A stretch of 64,000 nt of DNA from Haplodiscus bocki (lineage: Eukaryota): NCBI GenBank assembly GCA_965655095.1, contig OZ296658.1, forward strand, positions 12,028,001-12,092,000. Direction: 5' to 3'. Below are positions 53,200 through 64,000 of this stretch, piece after piece. Position 1 is the stretch's first letter. Each line of letters begins with the position of its first letter. Under the pieces are notes generated by a model. The model was not told the DNA's origin, ran no database searches, and saw only the letters and a program-made list of their open reading frames with translations. The position numbers were made by a program, and so were the translations under genes.

Positions 53200-53570
53200 T
53201 GAGGTTTCATCTTAGCAGCAGAAGTTTCAGAATTAACAAAACTTACAACCAATCAATACAGCCGAAACTGTCTGTATACGTATACGTATCCGTAACTAAC
53301 GGGTCCGAACAACCTGACGCCCGAAAGTTCAACGCAAACGACGATACGTTTTCGCCCAAACTCATGGACGAAAGGGTTAGGGCAACATTAAAAACTGTAA
53401 TTGAACAGATATTGACACTTAATCAGTTACTGAACCAATTGATCTAAGAGGTATTGGTGAAGCCCACCCAAACGACAAGTTATCCAACTCAGCGCCCACA
53501 AACGTGGCCCCTGCTCAGTAGAAAAACTAGAGCGGCAAAAATTTGCCCGATACTGGTCCACTGCAGCAAC
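53200..53570 (+). mobile_element. gag-stub-like LTR fragment
   Basis: FSPKLMDERVRATLKTVIEQILTLNQLLNQLI resembles the stubs at 49261 and 4563. Boundaries not resolved. Confidence 0.4.
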
Positions 53571-54778
53571 TTATGAGTCCTAAACCGCGTTAATTGTAAC
53601 TTTATAATTGAAACAAAATTTCGCCATGTGTTTGGAGAAAATTCAAATTAGAAACTTTTTGACTCCTAGGCAGGAAAACTCTTGCGTACAATTTTTATTC
53701 TGAATTAATTTCCCTGGCACGGCTAAATGGCTACATGTGGCAGTTGTCAATTTTTTGAAGTCCAATTTTTTGCAACCGAGGATAAGACCTTTTGCAAAAT
53801 TTTCAGAGAAATCATTCGCCTTGTACCAGGTTTTTCATGGTACCTTCTGACGTAAAACTTGTGAAACGTTTTCGGCGAAACTCCCTTCTAACCTCTAAAA
53901 TGCGGTATTGAAGCACCGAACAACCAAATGATTTAGGAGACAATTAGATGACACCCTTGTTTTGTGCCTTTGAGCGCTGCAAAATGCAGCGTACAAATTT
54001 GTCGCGAACGCTGGTACTTTTAACTACCAAGCACAAACGAAAAGGTCCTACACGACGCCTACTTGCGCTACTATCACAAGTTGCCGCCTGTGAGAGACAA
54101 ATTTGTCAGGTAACTTTTTGAAACTTTTTGGAAGTAGCCAGAGAGGACGATGAAACTTTCAAACATCTTTTCCACAATTAGGACTACAGGGAAAAATGAG
54201 AAATTTTGTTATTGTTTATGTTTAATAGTGCCTTATCTGATTTTCCGTAATTACATTGTTTACCAGTAAATACTTTACTTTCAATATCTGATGGGAATCC
54301 GTACTTGTGTAAACAACAAAAAGGATGTTTGAGCGCTATGACGACAAAAAACTACAATGATTCAAAAGTGTGCTAATTTCTTTATTCGTTAGCTCAAATG
54401 CTTTTGCTCGATTTCATTTTGCCCTGCTTAGCACTAAATTTCACTTCTACGAGTGTTCTCAGACTTGTCAGGCCAAAGCATAGAAGCAGTGATGTAATTT
54501 CGACATTGCAGACAGCAGTCGCGACGTTAATTCCCCCACAGCACCGTTGACTGAAACTGTGCCAAAATCATGTCAGACAAACGGAAATTTACGTGAAAAG
54601 CTAATGATGCAAACAAGTTATTAATGATATGGATATCATTTATTACGCTGCTAAATTGAAACTGAATATAAGGGAGACAGAAAGACATATAAATTTATCA
54701 AGCAACTTATGTGACAATTTTGCGAAATAATTCCAATTGCAAGTCACAATTTTTGTCAGTTCTTCTTGAAGTGACGCT

Positions 54779-54978
54779 NNNNNNNNNNNNNNNNNNNNNN
54801 NNNNNNNNNNNNNNNNNNNNNNNNNNNNNNNNNNNNNNNNNNNNNNNNNNNNNNNNNNNNNNNNNNNNNNNNNNNNNNNNNNNNNNNNNNNNNNNNNNNN
54901 NNNNNNNNNNNNNNNNNNNNNNNNNNNNNNNNNNNNNNNNNNNNNNNNNNNNNNNNNNNNNNNNNNNNNNNNNNNNNN
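54779..54978. other. Assembly gap (200 N)
   Basis: A run of exactly 200 N, likely a scaffolding placeholder. Confidence 0.99.
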
Positions 54979-56237
54979 TAGATTAAAAACTGTCAGCTGA
55001 GTAATTGATCTATCAGTTCTCCGCCTCCGTCAAGCATCGCTTATGTCACAAAAAGAGGTTCATTGACTAATACAAAACTATATTTCGTCCATTAGTTTGC
55101 TAGTCTATACTAAACGAGATTGTACACCTTTTTCGGTGCGGTTTCCGGTTGAAGTGTAAATCAACAGGCGGTTCCCGTCAATTTTGAACTCATATTTTTC
55201 AGTATTCGCGTTTCACCTGAACAAAAAAGGTTTAACACTGTTTTATCATTTCAATTGTATTGGTTGCCGTGTGTTTGTTTTTTATGAAATAGATCAGAAA
55301 AAACTTTTTCTTCCCTTACTTGGGGAAACTTTTGAATGTATAAAAAATGTTTTGTCTTCCGTGCGGGTATTTTCCGGTACCAATGAAATTCATCGCTCCA
55401 AAAAATTGGTTACGCATTCAAATTTTGGTGCGTCACTCTTAGATCAGATGCCTGACGACGAACTCAAGGCTCTGAAACAGGTGCTCTCGTGACGTCTACT
55501 AGACTGTTCTCCTTCAAGTTCACGCATTAACTCATAACGGCGTGCCATTTGCTGTATAAGAGGGTCTATCACGGCCTTAAAATGCCAAGCAACCCCTTCA
55601 CACGTGACGTAAGTGCAGGATGAGTTCTCAGTTTGGTAATCAGATATTCTCTTGCGAACGTTTATTATGATGCTTGCAGTCTCGTTGCTACTGTCTATAT
55701 CTTCAGTTTTGGGATTACAGTTATTCTAATAAGTTGAGAAAAACCAAGCTAAGTTTTGATACATATAATTGTTGAATGAAGTTAGATATTTGTGACTTGT
55801 GTTAACAGTGAAGAGATCTATATTTACAAGGTAAAGAATGTAGAGAAAAATTCATCTAAATGTTGATTGGAATTGATCGTTATCTAGACTTATAGCAATA
55901 AGTGCTGACTGCTGCGCCTTTAAGTCTTGTTCTGAATATTTCGGTTGGCGTGTGTCCGAATACTTGCAATAATTTCTCACTTGGTCTCTCAAGTCAGTCA
56001 TGTGATCATTTTCCTGACTTGAGGTTGGCTGCCGGTCTTCGCACTAAGTCAAATACACAAGGATAACGATAATCGCACTTCATTTTCATACATTGGAATT
56101 ATGCTTTCCTCACTGCACTGTGATTGGTTGATGACAATCATAAAAATCAAACCGTTTTAATAGCATCGTTACTTGAATCAGTATTGCTGCCATCAACTTA
56201 ACTGAAATAAATGGCTAAAATCGGGAAAAACGTGCCG

Positions 56238-56736
56238 TGTCGTATCACAACTGCTTCTTGGTCGCTTTGGATGAGTTTAGAATACATATCAGAACTTGAA
56301 TTTCATACCGTGTTGGATTAATTCCTACTGCTGTTCTTTCATGCATGATGCTGGCTTCGCGTAAAAAAAACTGTCATTTAACTTTAATCACACTTCATTA
56401 GTTCACAATGGTTATTGAGAGGATGATTTTGATTTTACTCAATGAGGTCTTTTTTAATGATGTAAGAAACTTTTACCGGATTTATTGTCAGTATTTCACG
56501 GACATTATTGTAGCACAGTTGTCGTTATATATAACATTAGGCGCGGTTATGATAGATAGGAGGTCATAATGACGTAATGATTTTCCATACCAGTTTACAA
56601 ATATAAAGCTGCCTAACTTGTTTATGTATTAGAAGATTATGGATGGTGTAAAGCTTCATATTAAATGACATAGGATAATTGCACCTTCATATTTATATTT
56701 ATATAGCATCTATAGTTTCAACATGCTGGCATGACA
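56238..56736 (-). mobile_element. Probable solo LTR related to 4272-5330
   Basis: Termini TGTCG...TGACA; flanks GCCG/GTCG. The segment CAAATATAAAGCTGC...GCTTCATA...GGCATGACA is shared with the 4272 LTR. Left boundary tentative. Confidence 0.55.
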
Positions 56737-57222
56737 GTCGCATACTTCAGCCATGGACCATCTACTCTAACAAGTAATTGGGCTAAAATGAAAATTACTG
56801 AATTACCCCTTATTCAGATAATGTACCGGTGAAACTTAGCCGAAATTCTTGGCCGTACAAGTAACTATCGTCCAGTATTGGAAACTTTTTCTTCTCCTTC
56901 CAACGTCCCCCCCCCCTCCCACAGACACACGCACATTGCTAAAATTTGATTCAAACTGAATTTCAGATAGACAATAAAAGGGCTTTTGACGGTTTCTTCA
57001 CATTTTTGAAGAACTGTTGAGTATTTCTGCCAAAATTAATCCATTACAAAGAATATTACATCAAAAATTTGAAATAAAGTATCTTGTGGGGGGAAAAGGA
57101 AGAGTTGAGTTTGAGTTAATCTCAGATTTCCAGTTTGGGAATGATTTTGACAAGTAGGTTCCAAACTGTCGGAATTTAAAACAGTTTAATAGTCCTTCTT
57201 TATTATTTTTTTCCTGTTTCAG

Positions 57223-57336
57223 ATTCAAATTGGTCAGAATTCTCCAAAATCTATTTTGAACAGTTTGTCGCTATTCACGCGAGTCCTTGTTTGGCGCCGC
57301 TGAGACTTCGTTTTGCTGGGCAATCGTCAGTTGAAG
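57223..57336 (+). CDS. Candidate 114-bp internal exon of an unknown host gene
   Basis: Strong acceptor TTTTTTTCCTGTTTCAG and donor AAG|GTCAGT. One open frame (phase 1-1): SNWSEFSKIYFEQFVAIHASPCLAPLRLRFAGQSSVE. Confidence 0.3.
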
Positions 57337-57934
57337 GTCAGTCACTTTGGAACTAGACACAAAGATGATCTATTTCTCTCCAAATTAATCTCTTCTTGGG
57401 TTCATCGTTTTGAAAAATTGAAAGGTTAATAAATCATTGCTAGTTTTTGTTTCCTGAACATTAATTTTCTCGCACTGCCAATTTTCCATGCCGCTTTCCA
57501 TCAGCATTTCTTGTCCAATCAACTCTATTGTGAGATCCAATGCTAATTCTGATTCTGATGCTTTGTGGAATCATACTTTTTATTATCCTGAGTGTCTGTA
57601 AATTTATGCTTCGTTTCAAATTTAAGTCCTCAATGTTTGAGTTTTGAAAAAAATTCTAGCTTTCTTTGTTTCAATGTTTATCGGGTATCTTACTAGTTTG
57701 GATAGAATTTTTCGTTATAATCTCTTGATTGATTCCTTTTCAAAAGATATAGTATATGTCACTATATCGCGTGATAAATAAAAATCACAAAATGCTTTTT
57801 TTTGTTAATCACAAAACCAACAAATCCTTTTTTAATGTAATCAATTTATGATCTTTTTTACATCTGTGTCCAGAGACAAAATTTCCGTTGAAAGTATGTA
57901 TATTCAGATATTTCTCGGTAAACCAAATAAATGA

Positions 57935-58400
57935 TCAAATCTTCATCATTTCAATCTGAACGTCATCAGTCCGATAGAAGCTTCCATTGAAGAAGAGCTG
58001 CATTTTTGTACACGAATTTTTCGATCTTTTTAGATTTGAGCTGAATGACGTCAGTAATGAACAATTTATGTAGGAGTAAGCAAAATCTTCGCTGATATTT
58101 GTTATGCAAATTACAATTTTGAAAAATTGAGAAAAATTGCCTCTGAAAATGTGCGCCATTAGTTGTTATAACACGTGACATCTTTTTATGTTCACGATCC
58201 AGTTACAATTGATTTCATCCTTTGCTGAATATTATATTTTTCCTTGAAGATATAATCATTCCCACATTTTTTGCTTGAAGTAACTGTCAAAAATGCACGA
58301 AAACGTCACCCACGTTTATACATGCAATACTGCGTGGTGAACCTTTGTAACAATGCAAATTTTCCTCTGCATTCTCAATTGTTTTAGTTGTATTTTCCAC
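57935..58400 (-). pseudogene. Possible hAT transposase C-terminal dimerisation-domain relic
   Basis: VITTNGAHFQRQFFSIF...LHNKYQRRF...LHKLFI resembles the SA..ER.FS...TK.R.RL...L.KL pattern. Confidence 0.3.
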
Positions 58401-60899
58401 CATTATTTGTCAACAATATTTTTTGCGCAGTATGTAGAATATAAAACGATAAATTCAAAACAATTAAACTAATGAAAGACGAAAAAAGCATAGTTGTACA
58501 TATTACTTGTAAAAAAGCGCAACCCGTGACAACTTAAAAAAAATAAGGCAATGCCGAAGTAAAACATTTAAAGCGGAAATGGCACAAAAAAGGAAAAGGA
58601 AAAAGAAAGATAGATGCCTTTTCAAGATAAAGATGACGTAGGTACAGCTAATACATAACCATATAACCACAGATGAGAAACACTTGCCTATTGGTTGTGA
58701 AGACAACATTACTGTATTATATACCTACACCGAACACATATTTCATCCAAATCGCTTTTCGAACCGCACATTTTTTTCTTCGCGTTTTTATATCTAGTCA
58801 ACATCTAGTCACAATTTATTTGTAAATAAATTGTGTAGGAAACAGAAATAAACAAAAAAATGCCTTCTTCCATTTGAACTTACTCTCAATTACTTTTTCA
58901 AATCAACTTTGCCTGCCTTGTGTTTTCAACTTATTCGATCAACGTTTGCACACAATTAAACTCAGCTGACTTAGGTTAAAAAGTCAATTAAAAATTGACT
59001 GATTAAATGAAGATCTATTTTTCAGCGGTTATATAAAAAGAAACATCAGAAAAATATTATAAATTATCAAATGGGCCCATGGCATCAAAATGTTGTATTC
59101 ACAAAGTCGGTTTCTCCTTTTATGAGGTGTGCTTTCATTGAAAGTTGAAAGTCCACTTTGGTGAATTTGATGCATTTTTGGTCTTTCATAAAAAATTAAA
59201 GATTAGCAATATCTGATTCGTTTCAAGAAACGTAAATTAAACGTGAATTCAAAAAAAGCTCGGTCAGGATTAAACTATTTCTTGAATAAACTACATTTGA
59301 TTTTGGAAATGAAATATAATTATTATTTTCCGTCGTAATTCATTTTACGTACAGAAACTCTTTGCTTCAGTAGGTTGAATTTTTTCTCCAGAATTTGCCA
59401 ATCCGGAGTGAACATGTTCACGTTTTTTTTAAACACAAAATGCTCCTATAGACTTGTAGAATGCATTTTGGACAATCCCGACGAAAAATTTTTGTTCAAA
59501 AATCGAAAATTGTTCGCTCAATGTCAGACGGAAAATATTGCAGCGTTGCTGCGCCTCTCGATTCACAAATCTTATATTATATCTTATACTTTTCATAGTA
59601 TTCTTTTTGTATCTTAAGACGTAAACTACCAAGCACACCTTTTGACGCACTTTGTCGAGTTTAATCAAATAATGTTTAAAAACAACTCTTTCGAACGGCG
59701 CCTTCAACTCCAAGATCTTGGAGTCAATCGCAGCAACTTTAAGTGGCAGTTTCAAAAAATTTTACTAAAATTCTAGACTCAGCTAAGTTACCTGTATAAG
59801 TTTTTGTGATTTTTTCAACTGGCCGAATACAGAAATGTTGCTAAATAGCTTCAAACGGAAAAAAATGAGAGAAGCTGAAAAATAGGCAATTTAATCATTA
59901 AAAACCGATTTGTAGTTCTGAACTTGATGTTTGCCGTCTCTAAACTTACTAGATACTTCACTTAGATATAGAAATTCACATTTCACACTCCTTGTTATTC
60001 AATTTCCCCTAGCAGCTTTCGAAACCATAAGTATCTCTAAGAATATGCCAATGCTTTTGCTTCATTTAGCATACCAAAAATCTCCACTTCAATTCTTGGA
60101 CAATTCCGAAAATTTTCTATTAGAATCTTTCAGAATTTCCAGTACGCCACCGCACCTTCAGGTATTTTTATATCGCATGTTCTGGGCCAAAATTTTGGAA
60201 AAAAACTGCTAGAAATGATAATATTCCAAAAAATAATTTTTTATCTTACAACTGTTACTTTCAAAAAACATGTTCTTGAACGGCGCTTTGGTCATTTTAT
60301 TCTCGGAACTCGACTACTCCAATCTTCAGTTTTCCAAACTTTCTGGATATCACTGCGTTCACACTGTACTTGCCATTTTAACTAACTTTAACCAAAAACG
60401 TTCAGTGCATCACCGGTTACTGATAATCAGTACAAAATATTGAATGTCAATTCGCTGCGCCCAAATGTAACCAACAAAAGTAGTCGGAATGCTGGATTTT
60501 TTTGCTAATACTCATATTTGCAGATGGTGTTTGTTAGTTCACAAAATTAGGCATTGGAAGATGAAAATTATTGAAAAATTCGCGTTTTTATTCTAGCAAG
60601 TTTTAAAATGTTTCTGATTGCTTAAAAATTATAAGAGTGCCATTTTTTATCAGTTAACCTACCTGTTGACAGCCTGAAAATCTGTAACGGCTATATGAGA
60701 ACACTATTTTTCTACACTTTACTCCAACATTAGTCCGTTCAATTTTTTAGAATGACTGTAAATTTCACTGAGTTCTATTAGCTTCCACTTTGAATACCGC
60801 AATCTCGAAAATTTCCACAATTTTATTGCATTTCTGAGCTTGCAGCAATCTTGAAACCAAGTCACTCTGACTGATACGCATGTTCTAGCGTAAAGAGTT

Positions 60900-61436
60900 G
60901 CTGGCAATTTTATTATTTTGCGCCATATTTCAAATATGGAATCAAAATTTTCCTCTCAAATGCGTTATTTCTGACGTTATTATTTCCCGATGTTTGCCAT
61001 ATGTGTTCACGCAAACATCGGCATTTTGTTACCTTTTATCACCGCAAACATCGGCAAACCTTTTATCACCAAATTGTAGCAAATTTGCTGTAGAAAGCGA
61101 CTGGAATAGCAATAATTATCAAAACGTTCGAAATTTGGGTTTTTTTGGAAAAAATATATGGGTTTTTTTCAAAAAAAAACCTTGAAATTTTCCAAAATTG
61201 CTACATGTGGCAATTTTTTTCTAGAATGCGTCTCAAATAGTATTTTTTCTTGAAATAATCTTTCCACCTTATTTTTGAGGTTTTCAAGCCAAAATCAGAA
61301 AAAAAATAAAGTTGGAAAAGTTAGAAAATATGATGAAGAAGCATAGTATTTTTTAAAAAACGAATTCATCCTTTTAAAAGACATCTTTAGCATTGTCGAA
61401 GGCGCAACTTATCCCGGAGGTAGCTGTTTGTCTTGT
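60900..61436 (+). mobile_element. Second, longer copy of the Helitron-like repeat family
   Basis: The 5' end is homologous to 26209-26300. The 3' end has a GC-richer stretch CCCGGAGGTAGCTG followed by GTCTTGT. Confidence 0.45.
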
Positions 61437-64000
61437 CGAGTCAAGGATCAATTTAGCTTCGCTGAGTTAAATAATATCAGTTATTTATTTACAGTATCCC
61501 TTGCTCATAAAACAAACAATACCATTAAACGTCGCATAACTCGCGAATTACATTCTATCAAGTGAAAAACTGAATCTTTCTAACAAACTACGGGCAAGAG
61601 ATTACCATGAAAACGCAACAGATTGAAACTTTCCAAAGTTTTCAAACTTGAGCAAAGCATACGGAAAATGATAAAACGTATGTGAAAAATTGGCGATTTA
61701 AGTCTCGTTTGGAAAAAAAATAACATGAACGTTAATTTTGGGACGAAGCACCAAAACAAGTGGTCGGAGTTGGCTTTCGAAACGTAAGCCAGTTCATTTT
61801 TACCATTCCAAGGGGGAAAAGACAGGAAATAAAATTGAAGGCCTGTCCAACAGCGAATTGCCCATCAAAGCGCGTGAAAACTTCAAATTCTATCAATGCC
61901 AAGCTTCAAATGGTTATGAAAATCATTCAATGAAAAACTTGGATTACATTTGGAACACGCGTCAAAACACTTACGTATGAAAAATCTTTAGAACTATGAC
62001 TAAGGACTTGAATGATGGATCTTTTTTTACGGAATTCGAAGAAGTTTAGTTTTCAATACAAACAGACGTGTGACATTTGTTTCGGAAACTCAATAGTAAT
62101 TGACCTCCGGCACGTCAAATGGCATAAATATGGTTTCGCTCGCAATTTAAGCGTTGACTAGTACCTTTTGCTTCAGTGTATCGGAACATGCAAGGCGATT
62201 TCCTCAGTAAGGAACCAATTTATTTCATTCCAAGTCTAGAAGAAAAAAACTAGCCATTGGTTGGCGATAAATGTTCAATTTTTTCTCTGATTTTGCTGGA
62301 ACTTACAACGTAGAGCACTAAAGATTGGAGTCTGACAACTGAGGACATAACGAAAACACCACCTGGTCTTCAAAAAAATCACCTCAATTTTCTGGGAATA
62401 GGGAGAAATTATGTTTCCCATCTAAGTTTATTTCACGGTAAAAAAATGCGTAGCCTAACCTAATGACCCTATAGGATGTGAAACACTGAACAGGTCATTC
62501 ATCTTGCGTGCAATCAAAACAATAGAAGTTTTTGGGAAAAAAATCAAAAAACTAATCAAGTTTTCGAATTTTACAGTCACCAAACGTGACATCAAAAGCT
62601 ACGACTTTGGTCGCCAAAAACATATCATCCGTGTCCAAATCTAAAAAAACCAAGCTGACTAGGGTTCTCTTGAACAAGTGGCGGCTATTTCACCTTGAGG
62701 TTGATCTGGATATATCATCATCAACAATATCATTGTCCACCTCTCTTCCCATAGGGTAGATAAAAGGGTACTTGTAAAACATCCAAAACACGTCTCGAAC
62801 TGCCGTCAGTCTTGTCTCATCTGTTGCTCCTTTCCATCTAGGTGTTGACTGCGGTAGTTGATCCTTCATCCCCCTCTGTCATCTTCTTCTTCATAATTTC
62901 ATTTGGTTCCCAGAAAATCTTCTTCATAGCAGTAGATCCAAAACTGATTACAACTTTTGGGTAATCAATATTTATTCGTCCCAAAAAAACTTATTTGTAG
63001 AGACCTTATGCAAATAATCCACATCACCGATGAATTCTGCCCATGGTCTGTTGTTCAGCACTTCTTCAACTGTGCAAACGATCATCGCCAAATGCTTTTC
63101 TTTGAAAAATTGCGAAGCAAAGATACTCAACTTTTTGACGTACCACGTAGGATTGAAATTTTTGAACTTCTTTCCCATCTTGAGTTTTTGCGATTGTTTG
63201 CCTTACTAAAAAAATTTGACGTTGAACAAATGAGTTTTGTCACTTACGTGGTGAATAGATCTGCTGACATTAAAATCCGGAAACTCTTAGCAAAAATCAG
63301 TTGAAAAATTTATCATCGCTTCATTGTTTAGATGACTCTGGTGGAGATTCCAGACAATACGAGAAATAAGAACCGGGATAAAGCACAACCGGTCTTCTCA
63401 AAATACAATTTTTTCAGTGATTTCGACCATTTTTGGCTGTTAAAAAACTTTCGGTGCCCAAAATGCTGACCGTCTGTAAAATAACCTCAACCGACTCTTT
63501 GAGGTTAAAACAAGTCTACTACACCAATTAAGGAGAGCTAAGTAGATCCCAACACGAAACGGATGGTTTCCATTAAAAGTTCGCTCTTTTTTTCTCTACA
63601 AACTTGTTAGGACGACGAAAACTACAAGCATGGTCAATTACATCTTTCACCATTTTTTCGGGCAGATATCAATCCAGTTCAACCAGTGCCCTCCAAGAAA
63701 TTTAAAAAAATTGGTTTGTGGAATGGGATTGTCTAAAATGTTATCTCAGACATCGGGGAAAACCCTTGTGTCGATTAGGAAGTAATGAAGATGAAGGCCG
63801 AGAAAATCCAAACTTCTCATGTTTTCCGGAACAGGGAAAAAGCAGGCGAAACGAGCGTTGCCCAAAGTTTTCGAAGTGGAAAAGCAGAGTTTTGACATAC
63901 TATTCAAGATAAATTCTGTAGCGATTGTGTTATGGCACCTCTAGCAAATGACAGAAAATATGAGATAAAAAAAGAAAAAGCAATGAGCAATTACCTCAGC

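Noticed and set aside
54711-54986. 91-aa ORF
   Set aside because: It is an artefact of the N gap.
62680-63300. Coding-looking minus-strand stretch (RPWAEFIGDVDYL; VFWMFYKYPFIYP)
   Set aside because: It is broken by stops and frameshifts and has no motif I recognise, so no call can be supported.

Overview
AT-rich, repeat-dense eukaryotic (most likely metazoan) DNA made almost entirely of nested, decayed transposable elements, with one 200-N scaffold gap at 54779-54978. I found no intact host gene, rRNA, functional tRNA or CRISPR array. The main component is a ~12.8 kb Ty3/Gypsy LTR retrotransposon on the minus strand (9886-22711). It has gag, protease, RT, RNase H and integrase, plus a ~4.3 kb antisense ORF region (11061-15366) that may derive from a hAT-type transposase. 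There are two further decayed Gypsy pol regions (1-3259 on +, ~36000-40450 on -). Several solo LTRs carry a long gag N-terminus inside the LTR, always in the same frame at the terminal CA. Other elements are a 482-bp perfect spacerless palindrome in a hAT-like MITE, Merlin-like and EnSpm-like MITEs with target-site duplications, a 5'-truncated LINE, a Tc1 relic, two LTR+PBS stubs followed by a 49-bp hairpin minisatellite, and a decayed C2H2 zinc-finger pair. All family calls come from motifs read by eye; no database search was run, and identity figures are visual estimates.
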